A stretch of DNA of 64,000 nt from an uncultured Prolixibacteraceae bacterium (lineage in GTDB: Bacteria > Bacteroidota > Bacteroidia > Bacteroidales > Prolixibacteraceae): contig CAZKIU010000015.1 of assembly GCA_964552955.1 (NCBI GenBank), forward strand, positions 10,897 to 74,896. The letters run 5' to 3'. Position numbers and translations under genes: made by a program. How positions within the stretch are numbered: position 1 is the first letter of the stretch; each line of letters opens with the position of its first letter. Below the pieces are notes generated by a model, which saw only the letters and a program-made list of their open reading frames with translations, was not told where the DNA came from and ran no database searches. Positions 20,865 to 29,927 of the stretch are shown in pieces.

Positions 20865-21449
20865 ATGGACGACCTGATCATCATCATACTCACCCTGGCC
20901 TTCACGATTCTGGCGGCTGTCAACCAGAACAAGAAGAAGAAACCAGTGCCCGGCCAGGCGCCTGAGCCCGATTTCTGGAAGATGCTTATTCCCGGAAACC
21001 AGGAGGACGATGTGTTCGAGCCTGTGGCTGAAGGTGAAAAGGAGCCGGTACTCAGGCGGGAGGCGACCCCGCGGCAGGATCCCTTCCAACAGGGGGAATC
21101 CCCGGTCAGACCAGGAAGCCAGGAGGGTGCCGCCTACAGGGTGCCACCCCGGGAAGAGGGATCGAGCGTGCTGACAGGAAAGATCCCCGCGCCCGCTTAC
21201 CGGAAGAGCAACCCCCCTGATCCGGGCCGTCAACGGCAGGCCCAGGCAGGCCCTGCCCCCAAACGTGGTACCTTCACCGGTGAAGCCCATGATAGCTTCT
21301 CCTCCGAAGGACACCGCAACGAAAACCTGGTTTCTGCCACGCCGCGGGAATCCCCTCAGGAAGAGATGGACCACCCTCCCTTTATGGACGATTTCTCACT
21401 TCAGAAAGCCGTAATTTACCGGGAAATACTTGATCCCAAATATTTTTAA
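20865..21449 (+). CDS. Hypothetical N-terminally anchored Pro/Glu/Gln-rich protein
   Basis: One N-terminal TM helix followed by KKKK, a long low-complexity linker, and a short ordered C-terminal block (FSLQKAVIYREILDPKYF). Confidence 0.55.
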   Translation: MDDLIIIILTLAFTILAAVNQNKKKKPVPGQAPEPDFWKMLIPGNQEDDVFEPVAEGEKEPVLRREATPRQDPFQQGESPVRPGSQEGAAYRVPPREEGSSVLTGKIPAPAYRKSNPPDPGRQRQAQAGPAPKRGTFTGEAHDSFSSEGHRNENLVSATPRESPQEEMDHPPFMDDFSLQKAVIYREILDPKYF

Positions 21450-21509
21450 CAACTCCGCACCGGAACTTTTAATTTTTGGGGTAACGTTTTTTTAATTCAA
21501 GAAATTGAC

Positions 21510-21517
21510 TATTTTTG
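21510..21517 (+). promoter_or_regulatory. Candidate -7 promoter box (TATTTTTG) upstream of greA
   Basis: TAnnTTTG match 76 nt upstream of the greA ATG. Confidence 0.35.
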
Positions 21518-21523
21518 TACCAG

Positions 21524-21562
21524 GAAGAGTCCTGAGACCTCAGGATTCTTTCTCTTTTTTTT
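21524..21562 (+). terminator. Intrinsic terminator-like hairpin plus U-tract between the hypothetical gene and greA
   Basis: GAAGAGTCCTGA-GACC-TCAGGATTCTTT gives a roughly 12-bp stem including G-U pairs. It is followed by CTCTTTTTTTT and ends 30 nt before the greA ATG. Confidence 0.55.
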
Positions 21563-21592
21563 AATAGCTATCAAACAAGGAGGAAAAAAATA

Positions 21593-22066
21593 ATGACACG
21601 GAGTGTCTATCTCACCCAGGAGGGATTGAAGAAGTTGCGTGAGGAGCTGGAGTTCCTGACGACTATTGAGCGCCCCAAAATATCGAAACAGATCGGGGAG
21701 GCCATAGAAAAAGGGGATATTACCGAGAACGCCGAATACGATGCGGCCAAGGATGCCCAGGGACTTCTGGAAGCCAAGATTGCTGGATTACAGGCCAAGA
21801 TTGCCCATGCCAGAATCATCGATGAATCGAAGATTGATACCAACCAGGTTCAAATCCTGAACAAGGTGACCATCAGGAACCGGAATAACAACGCAGTGAT
21901 GCAGTACACCATTGTTCCTGAGAGCGAAGCTAACCTGAAGGAGGGAAAGATCTCGGTATCAACGCCCATTGCCCAGGGACTTATGGGCAAGAAAGTGGGT
22001 GAAAGTGTGGAGATCAAGGTTCCGGCAGGGGTTATTCATTTTGAGATTGTAGAAATTGCCATCTGA
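21593..22066 (+). CDS. greA: Transcription elongation factor GreA
   Basis: N-terminal coiled-coil with acidic tip residues (ENAEYDAAK) and a C-terminal globular domain. 157 aa. Confidence 0.95.
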   Translation: MTRSVYLTQEGLKKLREELEFLTTIERPKISKQIGEAIEKGDITENAEYDAAKDAQGLLEAKIAGLQAKIAHARIIDESKIDTNQVQILNKVTIRNRNNNAVMQYTIVPESEANLKEGKISVSTPIAQGLMGKKVGESVEIKVPAGVIHFEIVEIAI

Positions 22067-22079
22067 AAATTGCACGACT

Positions 22080-22481
22080 ATGCCATCGGTATTCACCCGT
22101 ATCATTAACAGTGAAATTCCGGCTTACAAAGTAGCCGAGAACGACGAGTACCTTGCATTTCTTGACATCTCGCCGGTAGCCAAAGGCCATACCCTGGTGG
22201 TTCCCAAGAAAGAGGTGGATTATCTATTTGATCTGGATGACGAGACCTACCTGGGGTTGCAGGCCTTTGCCAAAAGAGTGGCCATCGGCCTAAAGAAGGC
22301 GATACCCTGTCGCAAGGTGGGTGTGGCTGTACTGGGACTGGAAGTTCCGCACGCCCATATTCATCTTATTCCCATGCAAAGTGAATCTGACCTTTTGAAT
22401 TTCGGGAAGAAACTCCGGCTGACCCCGGAGGAGTTCGAGGAGATCCGCGAAACGATAGCCGCTCACATCAGCCGCAGGTAA
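22080..22481 (+). CDS. HIT family (histidine triad) nucleotide hydrolase
   Basis: HxHxHxx motif (HAHIHLIP). Start set at the MPSVFTRII ATG. Confidence 0.9.
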   Translation: MPSVFTRIINSEIPAYKVAENDEYLAFLDISPVAKGHTLVVPKKEVDYLFDLDDETYLGLQAFAKRVAIGLKKAIPCRKVGVAVLGLEVPHAHIHLIPMQSESDLLNFGKKLRLTPEEFEEIRETIAAHISRR

Positions 22482-22681
22482 ACGCCCCCCGGCAAAGCAT
22501 AGCGCCCCCCGCCCCGTGAGGCCACTGCGGAGATCTCCTTTCCGGGGAAACTTATTAACAAGACCTGCCCCCGTCGGCCTAAATCAGTACTTTTACATGC
22601 CGGAGGATTCCTGGGGCCACCCCGTCAACGGAGTGCCTTTCTCCTTCAGTATGAATTGTTTACCTGATGACTGTCAACGCC

Positions 22682-25600
22682 ATGATACCATTTACACACC
22701 TCCATGTCCATTCCCAGTATTCGATTCTCGACGGGGCAGCCAGCATAGAAAGCCTGGTGAACAAGGCCAAGGCCGGCAATATGAAGGCCCTGGCGCTGAC
22801 CGACCATGGGGCCATGTTCGGCATTAAGGAGTTTCACGTGGCATGCAACAAGGCGGGGATCAAGCCTATCCTGGGGTGCGAGACCTATGTGGCCCAGCGC
22901 AGCATGGAAGACCGCTCAGGCAAGGAGGACCGCTCAGGAGATCACCTGGTGCTGCTGGCCAAAAACATCACAGGATACCATAATCTCATCAAGCTGGTCT
23001 CCCTGGCCAATATGGAAGGGTTTTATTACAAACCCCGTATTGACAAGGCGACCCTGGAACGCCACTCCGAAGGACTGATGGCCTCCTCGGCCTGTCTCGG
23101 CGGAGAGATCCCCTCCCTGCTGGGCGATGGCCGAATCAAGGAGGCGGAAGAGGCGCTGCTCTGGTATCGCCGGGTCTTCGGGGATGATTTTTTTCTGGAG
23201 GTGCAACGCCACCCTTCTGACATTCCTGAACTCCGCAGGGAGGTCTATGACCGTCAGGTGGTCGTCAATGCGCTGATTCTCGACCTGGCCCGTAAATATG
23301 GGATCAAGGTTATCGCCACCAATGACGTCCATTTCACCGATGCCCAGGATGCCGACGCCCACGATCTGCTGATCTGCCTCAATACCGGCAAGGACCTCGA
23401 CGACCCCAACAGGATGAGATATACCAAGCAGGAATGGTTCAAGACCACGGAAGAGATGAACCAGCTCTTTGCCGACCTGCCCGAGGCCCTGCAGAATACC
23501 ATGGAGGTAGCCGACAGGGTCGAAGTCTACGCCATCGACCAGGACCCTATCATGCCGGTCTTTCCCATCCCTGAATCCTTTGGCACCGAAGCAGAATACC
23601 GGGCACGCTACAGCGAAGAAGAGCTGATCGCTGAATTTTCGGAAAAGGGCTATCAACGGCTGGGAGGCTATGACAAAGTGGTCAGGATCAAGTTTGAATC
23701 GGAGTACCTCCGCCACCTGGTTTACCAGGGGGCTCCCCGGTTCTATGGGAATCCGCTCCCCGAAGATGTGGTGGCGCGCCTCGACTTTGAGCTGGATGTC
23801 ATCATGAAGATGGGGTATCCGGGGTATTTCCTCATCACCCAGGACTTCATCAATGCAGCCAGAAATATGGGTGTGCTGGTAGGCCCGGGCCGGGGCTCCG
23901 CCGCAGGAGCTGCCGTCTCCTACTGCACAGGAATCACCAACATCGACCCCATCCGGCATAACCTCCTCTTTGAACGGTTCCTGAACCCCGAGAGGGTGTC
24001 ACTGCCCGATGTCGATATCGATTTCGACGATGACGGCCGGCAACAGGTCCTCGATTGGGTCGTCGACAAATATGGCAAAGACAAAGTCGCCCACATCTGC
24101 ACTTTTGCCACCATGGCCACCAAAATGGCCATCCGCGACGTGGCCCGTGTCCTGAAACTCCCCCTGCCTGAAGCCGACCGGCTCGCCAAACTGGTCCCCG
24201 AAGCCCCGAAAATGACCTTTAAAAAGGCCTTCCAGGAAAGCCCCGAACTGAAAAAAGAACGCCAGTCGGCCAATCCACTGATTGCCAAGACCATTCAGTT
24301 TGCCGAAATCCTCGAGGGGTCGGTCCGTCAATCAGGGGTTCACGCCTGTGGTATCCTCATCAGCCGTAATCCCCTCACCGACCATATCCCCCTGATGCCC
24401 ACCAAAGACGATAATCTGCCTACCACCCAGTACGATGGTCGCTTTGTGGAAAACCTGGGATTGCTCAAGATGGACTTCCTGGGGCTCAAGACGCTCTCCA
24501 TCATCAAGGAGTCGATAGAGAACATCAGGCTCTCCAGGGGAATCACCCTCGATATCGACACGATTCCCTTTGATGACCCCTTAACGTATGAGATGTTCAG
24601 TAAAGGGGAGACGACGGCGGTCTTCCAGTTTGAATCGGAAGGGATGAAAAAGCACCTCCGGGAGCTGAAGCCCAACCGTTTCGAAGACCTGGTGGCCATG
24701 AATGCCCTCTACCGGCCGGGGCCCATGGATTACATTCCTGAATTCATTGCCCGTAAAAACGGGAAGAAAAAGGTGGAATACGACCTTCCCATGATGGAGG
24801 AGTACCTGAGTGAGACCTATGGGATTACGGTCTACCAGGAGCAGGTGATGTTGCTGTCGCGACTGCTGGCCAACTTCACCCGGGGGGAGTCGGATACCCT
24901 GCGCAAGGCCATGGGTAAAAAGATGGAAGCCCTGATGGCCAAGCTGAAAGAGCGTTTCGTGGAAGGATGCACCGGGAATCCCCGTTTCATTGAGGAGTGC
25001 CGTCAGGTCAATAAGGTTCCCAAGGAGTTGATTGAGAAGATATGGGGGGACTGGGAGTCATTCGCCTCGTATGCCTTTAACAAGTCGCATTCGGTATGTT
25101 ACGCCCATGTGGCCTACCAGACGGGTTACCTGAAAGCCCACTATCCGGCCGAGTTCATGGCGGCCAACTTAAGCCGTAACCTCAGCCACATCACTGAAAT
25201 CACCAAGTTCATGCAGGAGTGCCAGCGGATGAAGCTGAATGTCAAGGGGCCCGACATCAACGAGAGCTATGTGAAATTCACCGTGAACCGGCGGGGGGAT
25301 ATCCGTTTTGGGATGGCCGCCGTCAAAGGGGTCGGCGAAGGGGTGGTCAATGATATTGTGGCAGAGCGGAAGAAAGGAGGCGATTTCCGCGATATCTTTG
25401 ACTTTGCCGAGCGCGTCAACCTGCAGAGCGTCAATAAGAAAACCATTGAAGCCCTGGCTATGGCCGGTGCTTTTGACAGTTTCGGGTCGATCAGGCGGAG
25501 CCAGTTTTTCTCCGGGGAGAATGAGAATGACCCGGTCAACTTCATCGAAAGACTGATCCGCTATGGCAGCAAGATCCAGTCTGAATCCCAGTCGATGCAG

Positions 25601-26326
25601 CAGACCCTCTTCGGCGATTCTGCAGAACATCAGGTCGTCCGCAAACCCGAAATCCCCCCTATCGGCGAATGGCCCCAGCTGGTCCTCCTCGAAAAGGAAA
25701 AAGGAGTCATCGGCATTTACCTGACCGCCCACCCGCTCGACGACTACCGCCTGGAATTGGACAACTTCTGCTCCAGGGGGATCGGCCTCAAGGAGATGAA
25801 CGAACAGATGGAAAAATTCAAAGACCAGGAATTCACCTTCGGAGGAATGGTCACCGAGGCTTCCGAAGGGTTCTCGAAAAACGGCAAACCATACAGCAAG
25901 CTGACCCTCTCCGATTATACCGATTCGAAGCAGTTTTTCTTTTTCAACCAGGATTATGTCGAATTTGGGAAATACTGCAAGCCCGGTCTTTTCGTGCTGC
26001 TCAAGGGGAAGGTCCAAAAACGGTTCAGTTCGGAAACTCTGGAGTTCCGGGTCACCCATATTGAACTCCTCTCCCAGGTGCGCCGCAACCATATTAAAAG
26101 TCTGACGGTGCACCTGCCGCTTTCAGCCATCAGCGAGGGGGTCGTCGAGGAGATGGAGAGGGTGCTTAAAAATAACAAGGGGAATGCCTTATTGAAATTT
26201 CAGATCTTCGATGAGGAGAGACAACATTCGGTCCATCTCTTCTCGCGGAACAGCAGGATAGAGGTAAGCAATGACTTTCTCCGTTTTTTTGAGGAGCATC
26301 CTGAAATGGCATTTCGTATCAATTGA
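22682..26326 (+). CDS. dnaE: DNA polymerase III subunit alpha DnaE
   Basis: N-terminal PHP domain (FTHLHVHSQYSILDG), polymerase core (PDVDIDF, GLLKMDFLGL), and an OB-fold C-terminal part. Confidence 0.97.
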   Translation: MIPFTHLHVHSQYSILDGAASIESLVNKAKAGNMKALALTDHGAMFGIKEFHVACNKAGIKPILGCETYVAQRSMEDRSGKEDRSGDHLVLLAKNITGYHNLIKLVSLANMEGFYYKPRIDKATLERHSEGLMASSACLGGEIPSLLGDGRIKEAEEALLWYRRVFGDDFFLEVQRHPSDIPELRREVYDRQVVVNALILDLARKYGIKVIATNDVHFTDAQDADAHDLLICLNTGKDLDDPNRMRYTKQEWFKTTEEMNQLFADLPEALQNTMEVADRVEVYAIDQDPIMPVFPIPESFGTEAEYRARYSEEELIAEFSEKGYQRLGGYDKVVRIKFESEYLRHLVYQGAPRFYGNPLPEDVVARLDFELDVIMKMGYPGYFLITQDFINAARNMGVLVGPGRGSAAGAAVSYCTGITNIDPIRHNLLFERFLNPERVSLPDVDIDFDDDGRQQVLDWVVDKYGKDKVAHICTFATMATKMAIRDVARVLKLPLPEADRLAKLVPEAPKMTFKKAFQESPELKKERQSANPLIAKTIQFAEILEGSVRQSGVHACGILISRNPLTDHIPLMPTKDDNLPTTQYDGRFVENLGLLKMDFLGLKTLSIIKESIENIRLSRGITLDIDTIPFDDPLTYEMFSKGETTAVFQFESEGMKKHLRELKPNRFEDLVAMNALYRPGPMDYIPEFIARKNGKKKVEYDLPMMEEYLSETYGITVYQEQVMLLSRLLANFTRGESDTLRKAMGKKMEALMAKLKERFVEGCTGNPRFIEECRQVNKVPKELIEKIWGDWESFASYAFNKSHSVCYAHVAYQTGYLKAHYPAEFMAANLSRNLSHITEITKFMQECQRMKLNVKGPDINESYVKFTVNRRGDIRFGMAAVKGVGEGVVNDIVAERKKGGDFRDIFDFAERVNLQSVNKKTIEALAMAGAFDSFGSIRRSQFFSGENENDPVNFIERLIRYGSKIQSESQSMQQTLFGDSAEHQVVRKPEIPPIGEWPQLVLLEKEKGVIGIYLTAHPLDDYRLELDNFCSRGIGLKEMNEQMEKFKDQEFTFGGMVTEASEGFSKNGKPYSKLTLSDYTDSKQFFFFNQDYVEFGKYCKPGLFVLLKGKVQKRFSSETLEFRVTHIELLSQVRRNHIKSLTVHLPLSAISEGVVEEMERVLKNNKGNALLKFQIFDEERQHSVHLFSRNSRIEVSNDFLRFFEEHPEMAFRIN

Positions 26327-26371
26327 CTATTTTTGCGGGAAACCAGTTTTTTTAACTTAACATTTATCATT

Positions 26372-26689
26372 ATGGCTTTGGAAATTACCGATGGAAACTT
26401 TAAGGAAACCGTGCTGGCATCAGAGGTCCCGGTCATGCTTGATTTTTGGGCGGCCTGGTGCGGCCCCTGCCGGATGATTGCTCCGTTTGTGGAGGAGATG
26501 CACAAGGAGTTTGAAGGGAAAGCTGTGATCGGGAAGGTCGATGTGGATTCCAATCCCGAAGTGGCGGCCACTTACGGGATCAGGAACATCCCTACGGTGT
26601 TGTTCATCCGCAACGGTCAGGTGGCCGACAAGCAGGTCGGTGCCTGTCCCAAAGCCACCCTGGTCAATAAACTCAACGCCCTGCTGTAA
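26372..26689 (+). CDS. trxA: Thioredoxin
   Basis: WCGPC active site (FWAAWCGPCR). 105 aa. dnaE-trxA adjacency. Confidence 0.95.
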   Translation: MALEITDGNFKETVLASEVPVMLDFWAAWCGPCRMIAPFVEEMHKEFEGKAVIGKVDVDSNPEVAATYGIRNIPTVLFIRNGQVADKQVGACPKATLVNKLNALL

Positions 26690-26703
26690 GCGGGGAACCC
26701 TCT

Positions 26704-27633
26704 TTGAAGAACCTGATCGACATCAGGCAGTTACAGGAGTTTGACAACCTGGAACTGATTGCCCGGGAGGTGGTGGAAGGGTTCATCACCGGCCTTCACC
26801 GCAGTCCTTTTCATGGTTTTTCGGTGGAATTTGCGGAGCACAGGTTATACAACCAGGGGGAATCGACCCGGCCTGTCGACTGGAAACTCTATGCCCGCAC
26901 CGACAAGCTGTTTGTCAAGCAGTATGAGGAGGAGACGAACCTGCGCTGCCAGTTGGTCATTGATACCTCGTCGTCGATGTTGTTTCCCTATGGTAAGGGA
27001 AATGATCGGCTGATGAGCAAGCTGGCCTTTTCGGTCTACACGGCGGCAGCGCTGATTCATCTGCTGCGCCGCCAACGGGATGCCTCAGGGCTGACGCTAT
27101 TCTCAGGGGAGGTGGAGTTCCACTCGCAGCCCCGTCTGGCCCCGGTGCATGCCGAGTTGATGATGAGCCGGCTCTCGGAACTGCTCCAACCAGGGTATGT
27201 GCCCCTGAATAAAACCACCCGCACGCCGGAAGTGCTGCACCAGGTCGCTGAGAATATCCACAAGCGGTCACTGGTGGTCCTCTTCAGCGACATGCTCACC
27301 CGTGAAGAGGAGGGAGACGTCTTTTCTGCACTTCAGCATCTGCGCTATAACAAGCACGAGGTACTCCTTTTTCATGTCACCGATCACCAGCAGGAGCGCG
27401 AATTCAGGTATGCCAACCGTCCGCACCGGTTCATCGACCTGGAAACCGGGGAATCGGTCAGGGTGAACCCCGGGGAGATCAGGGAGACCTACGTGAACCG
27501 TGTCAACAGTTATTTCGGAGAGCTGAAAAACAAATGCGGCCAGTACCAGATCGAACTGGTCGAAGCCGACATCCATGCCGGGTTCAGGGAAGTCCTCCTG
27601 GCCTACCTGGTCAAACGGAAGAAACTGTGGTGA
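26704..27633 (+). CDS. DUF58 domain protein (vWA-like, usually MoxR-associated)
   Basis: HRSPFHGFSVEFAEHRLY block and a degenerate vWA-like fold. TTG start. No MoxR ATPase or BatA/B genes are adjacent. Confidence 0.8.
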   Translation: MKNLIDIRQLQEFDNLELIAREVVEGFITGLHRSPFHGFSVEFAEHRLYNQGESTRPVDWKLYARTDKLFVKQYEEETNLRCQLVIDTSSSMLFPYGKGNDRLMSKLAFSVYTAAALIHLLRRQRDASGLTLFSGEVEFHSQPRLAPVHAELMMSRLSELLQPGYVPLNKTTRTPEVLHQVAENIHKRSLVVLFSDMLTREEEGDVFSALQHLRYNKHEVLLFHVTDHQQEREFRYANRPHRFIDLETGESVRVNPGEIRETYVNRVNSYFGELKNKCGQYQIELVEADIHAGFREVLLAYLVKRKKLW

Positions 27634-27741
27634 CCTCCGTACATCTTCTGCCCCGGATACATCAGGGTGGGCTGACCTGGTCAAAGGCGATTCCGGAGAT
27701 AAAACGAAAAATAGGAACTGTAAGAAACTCTAAATAAACAC

Positions 27742-29199
27742 TTGAAGATGAATAGAATCCTTGTTACCGCTGTTGTTCTGGCAGGGCTGCTGCTGGCAGG
27801 TTTCGGGCCCGCCAGAGTCTATTACAACGAAAAATACCGGCCTCAGTATCATTTCACGCCTGAGAGGAACTACCTGGGCGCACCGGCCGGACTGGTATAT
27901 CTGGATGGGAAGTACCATTTGTTTTACCAGTACAATCCAAAGGGTTTGGAAGAGGGTTTCAACCATTGGGGTCATGCGGTGAGTTCTGATCTGATCAGGT
28001 GGGAGCATTTGCCGGTGGCCTTGTTCCCCGACAACCTGTCGGAAGATAAAGAGTTGTGCACGGTCCTGCCGGGAAGTGTGGTGGTCGACAGTCAGAACCA
28101 GCTGGGGCTGCAAAAAGGAGAGTTGCCGGTCCTGCTGGCGTTTTACACCAGTCCGGGCTGCGGGCAGCGCATGGCCTGGAGCAGTGATGGGGGGAACAGC
28201 TGGCAGAAATTCAGCGGTAATCCGATTCTTCCCTACGATGAGAAGGACCAGGCCCGTTATCCGAAGGTATTCTTCCATGCGCCCAGCGGGCAGTGGGTGA
28301 TGATCCTTCACCGCCTGCCCGACAACGACGAGCGGAAACAGGGGTTTTCCTTTTATACCTCCGGGGACCTGCGGGAGTGGCAGTACCGGAGTCATCTGGC
28401 AGGATTCACAGGCCGGCCCGACCTGGTAGAACTCCGCCTCAACAACCGGCCCGACGATACCCGCTGGATCATCATCGACGGGAATGGTGATTATGTCATG
28501 GGCCGCTTCGATGGCAGTAGTTTTACCCCGGAAAGCATCCGCATGAAATGCGATTATGGCCGCCATTTCAGTGGCGCCACCACCTTCAGTTCTCTCCCCG
28601 CGGAAGAGGGCAGGGTGATCCAGATGGCCCTCCTCAGAAATGAAGAGTGGCCCGGTATGCCCTTCCATGGGCAGCTTACCTTCCCCACGGAACTCTCCCT
28701 GCGCAAAGCCGGAACCGGCATTTATATGTTCCGGGAACCGGTCAGGGAACTGGTAACTATCCAGGATAAAAGCCTGAAATGGCAAGAGGAAAAACTGATC
28801 CCCGGCCTGGGCCAGAATCTGGTTAAAAAAGCCGAAGGGGATGCCCTCCGCATCAAAGGACGCTTCGACCTTAAAAACTGTGAGTCGTTTGGCTTTATGC
28901 TTCGCGCCGGCAAGAAAAACCAGGGCGCCGAACTGGTCTACAACGTGAAAAGAGGTACCCTTTCCCTTCTGGGCCAGGCCATCCCTCTGGAACCCGTCGA
29001 TAATAAAATATACCTCGACATCCTGGTGGACCGTGCCTCCGTCGAGGTCTTCGCCAACAACGGAAAAGCGGCCCTCTCTTCCGTATTGTTCAGCGAAGAG
29101 AATGACCGCAGTTATATCCTGGTGAATACAGGTGGGGAAGTCGTCGTCGATGAGCTGGAGATCACCCCTCTCCGCTCGGCCTGGGTCCAGGAGGAGTAA
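27742..29199 (+). CDS. Secreted glycoside hydrolase family 32 homolog lacking all three catalytic carboxylates (predicted non-hydrolytic)
   Basis: Signal peptide. GH32 blocks YRPQYHFTP, HLFYQYNP, HWGHAVSSDLIRWEHLP and a C-terminal beta-sandwich (VDRASVEVFANNG). WMNDPNG is NYLGAPAG, RDP is RYP, and ECP is GRP. Confidence 0.85.
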   Translation: MKMNRILVTAVVLAGLLLAGFGPARVYYNEKYRPQYHFTPERNYLGAPAGLVYLDGKYHLFYQYNPKGLEEGFNHWGHAVSSDLIRWEHLPVALFPDNLSEDKELCTVLPGSVVVDSQNQLGLQKGELPVLLAFYTSPGCGQRMAWSSDGGNSWQKFSGNPILPYDEKDQARYPKVFFHAPSGQWVMILHRLPDNDERKQGFSFYTSGDLREWQYRSHLAGFTGRPDLVELRLNNRPDDTRWIIIDGNGDYVMGRFDGSSFTPESIRMKCDYGRHFSGATTFSSLPAEEGRVIQMALLRNEEWPGMPFHGQLTFPTELSLRKAGTGIYMFREPVRELVTIQDKSLKWQEEKLIPGLGQNLVKKAEGDALRIKGRFDLKNCESFGFMLRAGKKNQGAELVYNVKRGTLSLLGQAIPLEPVDNKIYLDILVDRASVEVFANNGKAALSSVLFSEENDRSYILVNTGGEVVVDELEITPLRSAWVQEE

Positions 29200-29312
29200 A
29201 CCCCTGACCAGGGAGGGCGCTTCCCAGATCACCACCACCGGAAGCAGAAGCGTTGCAGTTCCTTTGCAGCCACTCTCCTGCAATGGTTGACCGGCCAGCC
29301 CTTAGGAATGGA

Positions 29313-29927
29313 TTATTTCTTCTTGGCAACCAGACTGAAGTCCAGGGTGAAATCATCATAAATCATCTTGTCGCCCAGTCCGGAGAAAAAGGAACCCGAA
29401 CCATACTTAACATCATACTTGGCCCGGTTAACCACAATCTTTCCTGACGATCTGAGCAGATCTCCTTCGGTGACTGCAGTGGCCCGGAAGGTTACCGGAT
29501 GGGTAATTCCCTTGATGGTCAGGTTGCCTGTAAAATCATACTCATTTCCAGCTACTTTAACAACTTTAGTCAGGAGAAACGAGGAGACCGGGAATTTCTC
29601 CACCGAGAAGAAGTCATCTGACTTGAGGTGCCCCACCAGGCGGGCATTGATACCGGCATCGGTCAGATCCTCACATACGATCGCCTGCATATCCATCACC
29701 ATGGTGGCGGCGGAAATCGTGTTGTTTTTCACCTCCAGTGTTCCGCTTTTCAAACCAATCGTCCCGTAATGTTCTCCTGTCACCTTCTTGCCATTCCACT
29801 TGACCGAACTGCGGCTCTGATCCACTTCATACTGTGCGCCAGGGGCGACCAACGCCAAACCAGCCACCGCCACAAAAACCATTATCAATCGCTTCATACT
29901 TTTCATTTTTAAAACCTTTACATTCAT
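29313..29927 (-). CDS. YceI family (polyisoprenoid-binding-like) periplasmic protein
   Basis: Signal peptide and the YceI block pattern (YEVDQSRSSVKWNGKKVTGEHYGT...). An alternative start at MKSMKRL (29906) is possible. Confidence 0.8.
   Translation of the reverse strand: MNVKVLKMKSMKRLIMVFVAVAGLALVAPGAQYEVDQSRSSVKWNGKKVTGEHYGTIGLKSGTLEVKNNTISAATMVMDMQAIVCEDLTDAGINARLVGHLKSDDFFSVEKFPVSSFLLTKVVKVAGNEYDFTGNLTIKGITHPVTFRATAVTEGDLLRSSGKIVVNRAKYDVKYGSGSFFSGLGDKMIYDDFTLDFSLVAKKK

Noticed and set aside
20769-21374. Upstream 200 codons of the 339-aa minus-strand ORF
   Set aside because: This part is low-complexity (R/G/P/L-rich) and antisense to the 20865-21449 gene. The recognisable lipoprotein begins at the internal ATG (20768) with a proper signal peptide and lipobox.
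22516-22827. 103-codon ORF spanning the HIT/dnaE spacer
   Set aside because: It runs out of frame into dnaE, has no motifs, and its composition resembles translated non-coding or off-frame sequence.
27730-29283. Very long antisense ORFs covering real genes. This 517-aa ORF lies opposite the GH32 homolog. Others are 1648-2829, 9458-10657, 13412-14476, 18773-19963, 22934-23959, 34249-35598, 40788-42068, 45267-46622, 55566-56435 and 61392-62465.
   Set aside because: In the three cases I checked arithmetically (27730-29283, 45267-46622, 18773-19963), the antisense triplets coincide exactly with the sense codons, i.e. the mirror frame. In that frame, stops arise only from sense TTA, CTA and TCA codons, which this GC-biased genome evidently avoids. 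The translated products are low-complexity (G/V/D/H/E-rich) with no recognisable motifs, whereas the sense frames carry strong family signatures.
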